A stretch of DNA of 63,446 nt, filler included. It is 5 parts of 5 records of this genome, joined end to end, with 100 filler letters (N's around TTAATTAATTAA, not from the genome) between each part and the next. Parts side by side here need not be neighbours in the genome. Positions count along the whole stretch, not along the records: positions 39,732 to 56,566 come from SRR20825019_2594; positions 56,667 to 63,446 come from SRR20825019_2602; 3 more parts are not named here. One strand, given 5' to 3'. Under the pieces are notes generated by a model, which searched no databases, was not told the DNA's origin, and saw only the letters and a program-made list of their open reading frames with translations. The position numbers and the translations under genes are program-made. Of this stretch, positions 55,273 through 63,446 are shown in pieces; position 1 is the stretch's first letter; every line of letters begins with the position of its first letter.

Positions 55273-55384
55273 GAGCAAGACAGGGAGGGTCCTCTCACTT
55301 GGGAGGTCCCGGGGCGCCACATGCTGGGGCGCCTGCTGAAACATAAGCGGTCGATAAAGAGGCCGTAATGTTCGGGAGAACGAT

Positions 55385-56566
55385 ATGTTGATGAAAAAGA
55401 CGGGCGGGCGATCCGGATCGCCCCGCATGTCGCGTGCATTGGCCGGTCAGGCCGGTAGCGCGATCGACCGGAGAACGTTCCTTAAACGCTCCGGTATTAC
55501 AGCCGGCGGTCTTGCCGCCGCAGCCACCCTCGGCGGTGGCATGGTTAAAAAAGCCGAAGCTCAAGCCAATCCGATGGCCGGTGTCGAGAGAATCCGGTCT
55601 GTTTGCACGCACTGCTCCGTCGGCTGTACGGTCGAAGCGGAAGTGCAGAACGGTGTCTGGATCGGCCAGGAGCCGGGCTTCGACAGCCCGTTCAACCTCG
55701 GGTCCCACTGCGCCAAGGGCGCCTCGGTGCGCGAGCATGCGCATGGCGAGCGGCGCCTGAAATACCCGATGAAGCTGATTGACGGGAAATACACCAAGGT
55801 CAGCTGGGAGCAGGCAATCGCCGATATCGGCGACCAGATGCTGAAAATCCGGGAAGAAAGCGGCCCGGATTCGGTGTACTGGCTCGGCTCCGCCAAGCAC
55901 AGCAACGAACAGGCTTACCTGTTCCGCAAATTCTACGCCTTCTGGGGCTCCAATAACGGAGACCATCAGGCGCGTATCTGTCACTCGACCACGGTCGCGG
56001 GTGTTGCAAACACCTGGGGCTACGGTGCGATGACGAACAGCTACAACGACATCCACAACAGCCGTGCCATCTTCGTCATCGGCGGGAACCCGGCGGAGGC
56101 CCATCCGGTCTCGCTGCTGCACCTGCTGCGGGCGAAGGAACAGAACAATGCACCGCTGATCGTCTGCGACCCGCGCTTCACGCGGACCGCGGCGCACGCG
56201 TCTGAATATGTCCGGTTCCGTCCGGGCTCGGACGTCGCGCTGATCTGGGGCCTGCTCTGGCACATTTTCGAGAATGGCTGGGAAGACAAGGAATTCATCC
56301 GCCAGCGTGTCTGGGGCATGGAAGAAATCCGGGCCGAAGTGAAGAAATGGACGCCGGAAGAGACCGAGCGGGTCACCGGGGTTCCGGGCTCGCAGATGCG
56401 CCGGGTTGCGCGGACGCTGGTCAACAACCGTCCGGGCACCGTGATCTGGTGCATGGGCGGCACCCAGCACACTAACGGCAACAACAACACCCGTGCCTAC
56501 TGCATCCTGCAGCTCGCTCTCGGGAACATGGGCAAGGCCGGTGGCGGCACCAACATCTTCCGCGGC
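55385..56566 (+). CDS. fdhA: Tat-exported formate dehydrogenase alpha subunit (Mo/W-bisPGD, Cys ligand), 3' truncated
   Basis: DRRTFLK Tat motif, [13 protein letters not shown] cluster, [14 protein letters not shown] active-site segment, [17 protein letters not shown] and GGGTNIFRG. Confidence 0.93.
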
Positions 56567-56666
56567 NNNNNNNNNNNNNNNNNNNNNNNNNNNNNNNNNN
56601 NNNNNNNNNNTTAATTAATTAANNNNNNNNNNNNNNNNNNNNNNNNNNNNNNNNNNNNNNNNNNNN
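56567..56666. other. Artificial contig spacer
   Basis: Same 100-nt linker. Confidence 0.99.
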
Positions 56667-57326
56667 GATCTGGGCCTGCACCGACACATCGAGCGCCGAA
56701 GTCGGCTCGTCGCACACCAGGAAATCCGGCTCGCTCGCAAGGGCGCGGGCGATGGACAGACGCTGACGCTGACCGCCGGAGAATTCGTGCGGGAACTTTT
56801 CCCCATCGACCGGTGACAGGCCGACCTGGGTCAGCAACTGGCCAACACGCTCCAGCACCTCGTCCGGACTGTCCGCAAGACCGAATGCGCGGATCGGCTC
56901 GGCAATGATGTCCCGGACCTTCCAGCGCGGATTGAGGCTGGCGAAGGGGTCCTGGAAGATCATCTGCAGGCGGCGGCGGATCGGTGCCATCTCCTTGCGG
57001 GATTTGCCCGCGATATCCATGCCTTCGAATTCGATGGAGCCGCTGGAGGGGCCATGCAGGCCGACAATCAGCTTTGCCACCGTGGACTTGCCGCAGCCGG
57101 ACTCACCGACGAGGCTGAAGGTCTCGCCCGGCTTGATGGCGAAATCGATACCGTCGACGGCTTTCAGGATCTGCTTCGGCTGGCCTTCGAGAACCCGGTT
57201 CAGCCATGGAGCGGAAACGTCGAAATACCGCTTCAGACCTTTCACCTCGAGGATCGTCTCGAAAGTCTCTTTTGCCTTGGATGCTTTTTTGGCGGGCGTC
57301 GTATCAGACATCGTCGCATCAGACAT
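56667..57326 (-). CDS. Peptide ABC transporter ATP-binding subunit (DppF/OppF-like), truncated
   Basis: KAVDG, VGESGCGKST, QMIFQDP, FSGGQRQR and DEPTSALDVSVQAQI. Start placed at 57326. Confidence 0.93.
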
Positions 57327-58299
57327 GGGCCGCCTCCTTGTCATAGAGCCAGCAGGCGACTTCGGTTCCGTCCGCGTCCATCGGGTTGGGCCGTTCCTTG
57401 AAGCAACGATCGAACGCCTTCGGGCAGCGCGGATTGAAAGCGCAGCCATTCGGGATATTGGTCAGCCGGGGCATGGAGCCTTCGATCTGACGCAGTTTCT
57501 CGTCCGTATGGCCGATCACCGGGATCGAGCCCATCAGGCCTTCGGTATAGGGATGCTTGGCCTGCTTCACTACCTGACGCACCGGCCCGATCTCGGCGAT
57601 CCGCCCGGCATACATGACGGCCACGCGATCAGCGGTTTCCGCGATCACACCCATATCATGGGTCACCAGCATCACCGCTGTGCCGTGATCCCGGCACAGC
57701 TTCTTCAGGAGCGCGATAATCTGCGCCTGAATAGAAACGTCGAGGGCCGTTGTCGGCTCATCGGCAACCACCAGCTTCGGATTGACACAGAGTGCGAGCG
57801 CAATAACGACGCGCTGGCGCATGCCGCCTGAGAACTGGTGCGGATACTGGTCAACCCGCTTTTCCGGCGCCGGGATACCGACTTCCGTCAGCAACTCGAC
57901 GGCGCGTTCCCGGGCTTTCGTCGGCGTCATGTCCGTATGGGTCATGATCGTCTCGGTAAGCTGCCGGCCCACCGTGTAGAGCGGATTGAGGCTGGTCAGG
58001 GGATCCTGGAAGATCGCGCCGATCTCCCGGCCGCGGATCTTCCGCATTTCCTCGTAACCAAGATTGTCGATCCGCCGGCCGTTCATGACGATCTCGCCAC
58101 CGGCAACACGTCCGGGAGGCTCCAGCAGGCCGATGATGGCCGCTCCTGTGAGGGATTTACCGGCGCCGGATTCCCCGACCACGCCGAGAACTTCGCCTTC
58201 GTCGATGTGGAAAGACACATCGTCGATGGCCGTCAACAAGCCCTTCCGCGTCGGAAATTCGATACGGAGGTTTTTGACTTCAAGAAGATGTTTCGACAT
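57319..58299 (-). CDS. Peptide ABC transporter ATP-binding subunit (DppD/OppD-like)
   Basis: VGESGAGKS, FSGGMRQR, DEPTTALD, HPYT and C-terminal GCAFNPRC..C..C Fe-S motif. Confidence 0.94.
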   Translation of the reverse strand: MSKHLLEVKNLRIEFPTRKGLLTAIDDVSFHIDEGEVLGVVGESGAGKSLTGAAIIGLLEPPGRVAGGEIVMNGRRIDNLGYEEMRKIRGREIGAIFQDPLTSLNPLYTVGRQLTETIMTHTDMTPTKARERAVELLTEVGIPAPEKRVDQYPHQFSGGMRQRVVIALALCVNPKLVVADEPTTALDVSIQAQIIALLKKLCRDHGTAVMLVTHDMGVIAETADRVAVMYAGRIAEIGPVRQVVKQAKHPYTEGLMGSIPVIGHTDEKLRQIEGSMPRLTNIPNGCAFNPRCPKAFDRCFKERPNPMDADGTEVACWLYDKEAAHV

Positions 58300-59249
58300 T
58301 AGCGCAGCTTCGGGTTGAGGGCGTCACGGAGCCAATCCCCGAGGAGATTGACGGCGAGCACGAGGATCGCCAGCGTCATTCCCGGGAAGATCGAGATCCA
58401 CCAGAGGCCAGAGAACAGGAAATCGTTACCGATCTGGATCAGCGTGCCGAGCGACGGCTCGGTCGGCGGCATGCCGACACCGAGGAAGGACAAGGTCGCT
58501 TCCGTCAGGATGGCGAAGGCCAGGCCGAGTGTGGCAATGACCAGCACCGGCCCCATCACGTTCGGCAGCACGTGCTTGATCATGATCAGGATCGGGTGCA
58601 GGCCGATAATCCGGGCCGCCTGAACATATTCCTTGTTCCGCTCCACCAGGGTAGAGCCGCGCACCGTACGGGCATATTGCACCCAGTTGGAAATACCGAT
58701 GGAAAGCACCAGCACCGGGATGATCATCGCGTCATGCTGCTCCCGGTCCAGAATGCCGCGCATGATACCGTCGATCAGCAGGGCAATCAGGATGGTCGGG
58801 AAGGAAAGCTGGATATCGGCGATCCGCATGATCACCGCATCGACCTTGCCGCCCATGTAACCCGCAATCAGGCCAGCCGAGATCCCGATCACCGCGGACA
58901 GCACAACGCTGGCGAAACCGACCAGCAGCGAGATCCGCATGCCATAGAGGATGGTCGAATAGATATCACGGCCGAGATTGTCCGTCCCGAGCAGGAACCG
59001 GGCGTCTCCGTCTTCGGTCCAGGCCGGTGGCAATTCGGAATCCATCAGATCGATGGAAGCCAGATCGGACGGGTTATGCGGTGCGATCACGCCGGCGAAC
59101 ACAGCCGAGAAGATCAGAAGCAGCGTAATCACCGCTGCCGCCACAGTCAGGGGAGAATTCCGGAAGCTGTAGCTGAGCTCGTGATCCCAGATCCGGTAGA
59201 GCAGGCTTGGTTTCGCCGTCGCAAGTTTGGGTGAGGTTGTGTCAGTCAT
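58299..59249 (-). CDS. Peptide ABC transporter permease (DppC/OppC-like)
   Basis: LLGTDNLGRD, EYVQAAR, HVLPN and EATLSFLGVG motifs. Confidence 0.94.
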   Translation of the reverse strand: MTDTTSPKLATAKPSLLYRIWDHELSYSFRNSPLTVAAAVITLLLIFSAVFAGVIAPHNPSDLASIDLMDSELPPAWTEDGDARFLLGTDNLGRDIYSTILYGMRISLLVGFASVVLSAVIGISAGLIAGYMGGKVDAVIMRIADIQLSFPTILIALLIDGIMRGILDREQHDAMIIPVLVLSIGISNWVQYARTVRGSTLVERNKEYVQAARIIGLHPILIMIKHVLPNVMGPVLVIATLGLAFAILTEATLSFLGVGMPPTEPSLGTLIQIGNDFLFSGLWWISIFPGMTLAILVLAVNLLGDWLRDALNPKLR

Positions 59250-59259
59250 TTCTCAGCCC

Positions 59260-60246
59260 TCAATGTCCGCCGCCGTGGCCTTCAACGCGCAAGCGCGGAT
59301 CCACGACGTAATAAAGAATATCGACGACCAGATTCAGAACGACGAAGAGGAAGGAAATCATCACCAGATAAGCGGACATGACGGGCAGATCCACTTCCTG
59401 GATCGACTGCAGGAACAGCCGTCCCATGCCAGGCCACTGGAAGACACTCTCGGTGATGATCGCAAAAGCGATCAGGTTGCCGAGCAGCAGGCCGGTCACA
59501 GTAATCACAGGCACCAGCGTGTTCTTCAGGGCATGGCCGAAATTGACAGCCCGGTTGGTCAGCCCCCGGGCCCGCGCGAACTTGATGTAGTCGGTGCGCA
59601 GCACTTCCAGCATCTCGGCGCGGATCAGGCGCATGATCAGGGTCAGGGTGAACAGGCCGAGGGTCAGGGCCGGCAGGATGATCGCCTTCAGACCGCTGAC
59701 CGTCAGCAGGCCCGTGGTCCATCCGCCAGGCAGGGTGACCACATCGCCACGCCCGAAGGATGGCAGCCAGCCAAGTATCACCGCGAAGAGATAGATAAAG
59801 AGAATACCGATCAGGAAGGTCGGCACCGAAATCCCGATCAGCGACAAGGTCAGCATCGCCTTGCTGCTCCACCGGTTCCGGTAAAGCCCCGTATAGACGC
59901 CCGCGGGCAATGCCAGCGCAAAGGCGATCACGGCGGAGACCACACTGAGTTCGATCGTTGCCGGCATCCGCTCCAGCAGCAGGTCGGTAACTGGCGACTT
60001 GTGCTGGTAGGACAGTCCGAAATCGAGTTGTGCCGCGTTTATGACGAACTTCCCGAAACGGATCACCATCGGATCGTTCAGGCCGAGACGCTCGCGCAGA
60101 GCTTCGCGCTCAGCTTGCGGCGTGTCGATCCCGACCATCTGGTTCACGGGGTCGCCGAGAAACTGGAACATGAAAAAAGCGACGAGGCCGACCACGAGCA
60201 TCACAATGATGGACTGGGCCAGCCGACGAAGAATGAATGCGGCCAT
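59260..60246 (-). CDS. Peptide ABC transporter permease (DppB/OppB-like)
   Basis: FILRRL, GDPV, DFGLSY, DYIKFARARG, HALKN and ESVFQWPGMG motifs. Confidence 0.94.
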   Translation of the reverse strand: MAAFILRRLAQSIIVMLVVGLVAFFMFQFLGDPVNQMVGIDTPQAEREALRERLGLNDPMVIRFGKFVINAAQLDFGLSYQHKSPVTDLLLERMPATIELSVVSAVIAFALALPAGVYTGLYRNRWSSKAMLTLSLIGISVPTFLIGILFIYLFAVILGWLPSFGRGDVVTLPGGWTTGLLTVSGLKAIILPALTLGLFTLTLIMRLIRAEMLEVLRTDYIKFARARGLTNRAVNFGHALKNTLVPVITVTGLLLGNLIAFAIITESVFQWPGMGRLFLQSIQEVDLPVMSAYLVMISFLFVVLNLVVDILYYVVDPRLRVEGHGGGH

Positions 60247-60289
60247 AAACGGTCACGCTTTCCGGCAGGTTAGCAAATCTCTCAAGGAA

Positions 60290-60319
60290 GTGCGGGCCCG
60301 TCTGACGACCGGCCCGCAC
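60290..60319 (-). terminator. Intercistronic stem-loop after the SBP gene
   Basis: GTGCGGGCC-C-GTC-TGAC-GAC-C-GGCCCGCAC, a typical SBP/permease stabilising or attenuating hairpin. Confidence 0.6.
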
Positions 60320-60335
60320 CTTTATCGCCCGTGAA

Positions 60336-61919
60336 TTAGTTCACTGTGACGTAGTAGAAGCGGAACTGGTTGTCAGCCCGCTGCTTCAGATCGATGTTGT
60401 CGCGCTTGCCCCAGGCGAGAGCCTGCTGGTGAAGCGGGATAAAGGCAACTTCGTCAGCGGCGATCTTGAATGCTTTCTCGATCAGCGCATCACGCTTTTC
60501 TTTATCCGTCTCGGTTGCGACCTCATCAGCCAGCGCGTCGACTTCAGCATTGCTGTAGCCGGAGTAGTTGTACAGGCCACGGCCTTCCTTCGGCTTCGGG
60601 CTGCCAATGATATTGAACAGCACGTTCCAGGAATCGAAGCTGCTCGGGGTCCAGCCCAGCAGACCGAAGGAATAGTCGGAACCGCCCTTCGGAGCGATCG
60701 CCGCGAAATATTTCGCTTTCGGCTGCGCAACGAGAGTGGACTTGATACCGACCTTGGCAAGCATGGACACGATGGCCTGACAGATCTGCTCGTCATTGAC
60801 GTAGCGGTCGTTCGGGCAATCCATGCGGGTTTCGAAACCGTCCGGATAACCGGCTTCGGCCAGCAGGGCCTTCGCCTTGTCACGGTCATACGGCAGACGG
60901 GTGAAGCCCTCGGAGCGGTCGAACAGCTTCGGGGAGATCATCAGAGCCGACGGATCGGACAGACCACGCATGATCTTCTTCTTGATCGCCTCGATATCGA
61001 TCGCGTGATACATCGCCTGACGGACCTTGAGGTCCTTGAACGGGTTCTTGCCCTTGACGCTGGAATAGAGCAGCTCGTCGCGGAACTGGTCCATGAACAG
61101 GAAGATGGTCCGGAGTTCCGGGCCAACCAGCACGCTGGTGCCGTCATTCTTCTCCACCCGGCCGATATCCTGCACCGGAACCGGATAGACCATGTCGACT
61201 TCGCCCGAAAGCAGGGCCGCGACACGGGTCGCATCCTGGCCGATCGGGGTCATGATGACTTCGGTCAGGTTGTGAACCGGCGTATCCCACCAGCCCTCGA
61301 ACGGAACCATAACGGTCTTAACGTCGACCTGGCGTTCCGTGATCGTGAACGCGCCGGTGCCGTTCTCGTGGTGAGCGGCATAGCTCTCGACACCCTTGGA
61401 CATGTTGGTCGGGGTGGCGGCACCATTCGCCTCGGACCACTCCTTGTCCATCATGAACCAGGTATCCCATTCGTAATAGATGATGGGATTCGGCTTTTCG
61501 GTGACGAAATCGACGGTGTAGTCATCGACCTTGATGACCTCGGTAATACCGACAACGCGGCCGCGCAGGTTCGCGTCCTCATTGTTCGTTCGCTCATAAG
61601 AGAACAGAACGTCGTCGGCATTGAAGTCACCACCGTCGTGGAACTTCACGCCTTTACGCAGATGGAAGCGCCAGCGCGTCGGCTCGACGTTTTCCCAGCT
61701 GGTCGCAAGGGCCGGCTCGAACTGCAGGTCCGGACCACGGCGCACCAGACCTTCATAAATGTTTCCGAGGAAACCGAGAGTGAAGGTCACATTATGTGCA
61801 TGCGGGTCGAGCGAAGTCGTGTCTGTCTGAAAGCCCCACTTAAAGGTCTTCGCCTCAGCGAAACCTCCGGAAGCGACAACAGCTGCCGCGACCGCAAGGG
61901 CGGTGAATGCTTTACGCAT
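60336..61919 (-). CDS. Family 5 ABC substrate-binding protein (DppA-like)
   Basis: Signal peptide ending AEA; SLDPH, NIYEGLV, LRKGVKFHDG, GTGAF, NPFKDLKVRQA and CPNDRYVNDE; GGGAG RBS before 61919. Confidence 0.94.
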   Translation of the reverse strand: MRKAFTALAVAAAVVASGGFAEAKTFKWGFQTDTTSLDPHAHNVTFTLGFLGNIYEGLVRRGPDLQFEPALATSWENVEPTRWRFHLRKGVKFHDGGDFNADDVLFSYERTNNEDANLRGRVVGITEVIKVDDYTVDFVTEKPNPIIYYEWDTWFMMDKEWSEANGAATPTNMSKGVESYAAHHENGTGAFTITERQVDVKTVMVPFEGWWDTPVHNLTEVIMTPIGQDATRVAALLSGEVDMVYPVPVQDIGRVEKNDGTSVLVGPELRTIFLFMDQFRDELLYSSVKGKNPFKDLKVRQAMYHAIDIEAIKKKIMRGLSDPSALMISPKLFDRSEGFTRLPYDRDKAKALLAEAGYPDGFETRMDCPNDRYVNDEQICQAIVSMLAKVGIKSTLVAQPKAKYFAAIAPKGGSDYSFGLLGWTPSSFDSWNVLFNIIGSPKPKEGRGLYNYSGYSNAEVDALADEVATETDKEKRDALIEKAFKIAADEVAFIPLHQQALAWGKRDNIDLKQRADNQFRFYYVTVN

Positions 61920-62052
61920 GGAAAGCTCCCCAATGATGCCTCTGTCGCGCCCGGTGCAGACCCTTCTTGATTGTCGGGATCGCGGCCAGGGCACGGCCCG
62001 GCGAAAACAATTAGCCGGGATTGATGCATAAAAGCCTCTCGTCTTGGTGGCG

Positions 62053-62065
62053 TCAATGACATTGA
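62053..62065. promoter_or_regulatory. Perfect dyad in the divergent promoter region
   Basis: TCAATG-A-CATTGA between the SBP and aminotransferase starts. Confidence 0.35.
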
Positions 62066-62286
62066 TGTTCGCCAAACCCCTAGAAAAACCGCATGGAAAC
62101 GTACAACGCGAAATTGCAGGGGGCGTGCTTTATCTATGCTTCAGTAAACAGCAGCATGTGCCGGAATTCGGCATCACTATGATTTCTTTGTCGAACTGCT
62201 CATGGGCTTTTCAAGCCAAATTGGCATGCTATGCTGCCTTCCAGTCCCCACGGCCTGTTCAGCGCCGTTCCCGAAGGAGAATCGTA

Positions 62287-63446
62287 ATGACTTTTCAGCC
62301 GAATTCACCGGCGGCGCGTGACGTCGCATATGTGCTGCATCCCTACACGAACTTCGAGGCCCACGAAGAAAAGGGTCCGATGATCATCGACCGGGGTGAA
62401 GGCATCTATGTCTACGATGATTCCGGAAAGAAATATATCGAGGGCATGGCCGGCCTCTGGTCGACATCTCTGGGCTTCAATTCCGAGCGCCTGAAACAGG
62501 CTGCCATGAAGCAGTTCGACACCCTGCCCTACTATCATACCTTCGCGCACAAGGCGCATCTGCCGAGCATCGATCTGGCCGAGAAGCTGATCTCCAAGAT
62601 GCCGGTGCCGATGTCCAAGGTGTTCTTCAACAATTCCGGCTCGGAAGCGAACGATACCGCGATCAAGATCGTCTGGTACTACAACAACGCCCTCGGCCGG
62701 CACCACAAGAAGAAGATCGTCGGCCGGGTGAACGGCTATCACGGCATCACCCTCGCCGCCGCCAGCCTGACCGGCCGTTCGATGAACCATCGCGGCTTCG
62801 ACGCGCCGCTGGCCAACTTCATCCACACGGACGAGCCGCACCACTATTCCAAGTGCCTTCCGGGTGAGAGCGAAGAGGATTTCGCGACCCGTCTCGCCGA
62901 GAATCTCGAGAACCTGATCATCGAAGAAGGCCCGGACACGGTTGCCGCCTTCTGGGCGGAGCCGGTCATGGGTGCCGGCGGCGTTATCGTCCCGCCGAAG
63001 ACCTATTTCGAGAAGATCCAGAAGGTCCTCAACAAGTACGACATCCTGTTCGTTGCCGACGAAGTGATCTGCGGCTTTGGCCGGACCGGCAATTACTGGG
63101 GTTCCGAGACCTTCGACATGAAGCCGGACATTCTGGTCTGTGCGAAGGCCCTGTCCTCCAGCTACCTGCCGATCTCCGCAACCATCATCAACGACAAGGT
63201 CTACGAGCCGGTGAAGAAAGCCAGCGCGGAACTTGGCGCCTTCGGCCATGGCTATACCTATTCCGGCCATCCGGTCTGCGCCGCCGTCGCTCTCGAGACG
63301 ATGAAGATCTACGACGAGGAAAACATCATCGAGAAGGTGCAGGGCGTTGCTCCGCACTTCCTGAAGGGCCTCCGCTCCTTCGCCGATCATCCGCTGGTTG
63401 GCGAAACCCGTGGCGTCGGCCTGGTCGGCGCCCTCCAGGTGATGCA
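62287..63446 (+). CDS. Class III PLP aminotransferase (omega-transaminase-like), runs off the window end
   Basis: Hand translation: MTFQPNSPAARDVAYVLHPYTN...GMAGLWS...YYHTF...NSGSEANDT...YHG...EPVMGAGG...ADEVICGFGRTG...AKALSSSYLP...HGYTYSGHP; AAGGAG RBS. Absent from the ORF track because it has no stop codon. Confidence 0.95.
   Translation, partial: MTFQPNSPAARDVAYVLHPYTNFEAHEEKGPMIIDRGEGIYVYDDSGKKYIEGMAGLWSTSLGFNSERLKQAAMKQFDTLPYYHTFAHKAHLPSIDLAEKLISKMPVPMSKVFFNNSGSEANDTAIKIVWYYNNALGRHHKKKIVGRVNGYHGITLAAASLTGRSMNHRGFDAPLANFIHTDEPHHYSKCLPGESEEDFATRLAENLENLIIEEGPDTVAAFWAEPVMGAGGVIVPPKTYFEKIQKVLNKYDILFVADEVICGFGRTGNYWGSETFDMKPDILVCAKALSSSYLPISATIINDKVYEPVKKASAELGAFGHGYTYSGHPVCAAVALETMKIYDEENIIEKVQGVAPHFLKGLRSFADHPLVGETRGVGLVGALQVM

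Noticed and set aside
55960-56060. Selenocysteine/SECIS in FDH alpha
   Set aside because: The active-site codon is TGT (Cys, ARICHS) and there is no in-frame TGA.
10867-56666. TTAATTAATTAA recurring four times inside N runs, as a biological repeat or att site
   Set aside because: Identical 44N-12-44N format with stops in all six frames; an assembly or concatenation linker.
57303-57326. ATCAGACAT direct repeat (MSDATMSD) as a target-site duplication
   Set aside because: A 9-nt repeat 15 nt apart at a gene overlap giving two possible starts; no mobile element.
62221-62238. Sigma54 promoter TTGGCATGCTATGCTGC before the aminotransferase
   Set aside because: GG-to-GC spacing is 8 or 11 nt rather than the required 10.
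60429-63390. ORFs 60429-61970 (+) and 62305-63390 (-) as genes
   Set aside because: Antisense shadows of the SBP and of the + strand aminotransferase starting at 62287.

Overview
The window is not one locus. It is five contigs joined by four identical artificial 100-nt spacers (44 N + TTAATTAATTAA + 44 N at 10867-10966, 17525-17624, 39632-39731 and 56567-56666). (1) 1-10866: Marinobacter-like gammaproteobacterial housekeeping block, glyA-nrdR-ribD-ribB(X)-ribH-nusB-thiL-pgpA, plus a lipoprotein, a WS/DGAT with a variant HHxxxDA motif and a LysR regulator; related palindromic repeats sit at both contig ends. (2) 10967-17524: GC-rich alphaproteobacterial sugar-utilisation locus with a GH38-like/DUF5054 hydrolase, LacI, two candidate operators and a carbohydrate ABC importer. 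(3) 17625-39631: AT-rich Bacteroidota contig with a tRNA-Arg(UCG) carrying a U19-A56 covariation, porZ, recO, trpS, plsC, gatC, ppk2, a nuclease, a large T9SS cargo, a DUF853 ATPase, an M42 peptidase, SCO, a GT-C glycosyltransferase, xseAB and pgk. (4) 39732-56566: alphaproteobacterial contig with an RTX Ca-binding protein, gmhA-hldE, a 3-His cupin, a TPR-GT41 glycosyltransferase and a formate dehydrogenase accessory cluster. That cluster holds a BirA-like pseudo-ligase, several DUF proteins, an HdrA-N-like polyferredoxin, TorD, a Tat mini-protein and a Cys-type FDH alpha subunit. (5) 56667-63446: Dpp/Opp-type ABC operon divergent from a class III (omega) aminotransferase that the ORF track missed. 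The best leads for uncharacterised biology are the FDH accessory cluster, the RTX/heptose/GT41 neighbourhood and the DUF5054 sugar locus. All family and DUF assignments come from manual motif recognition and need HMM confirmation. No CRISPR array, transposase, integrase or rRNA was seen.
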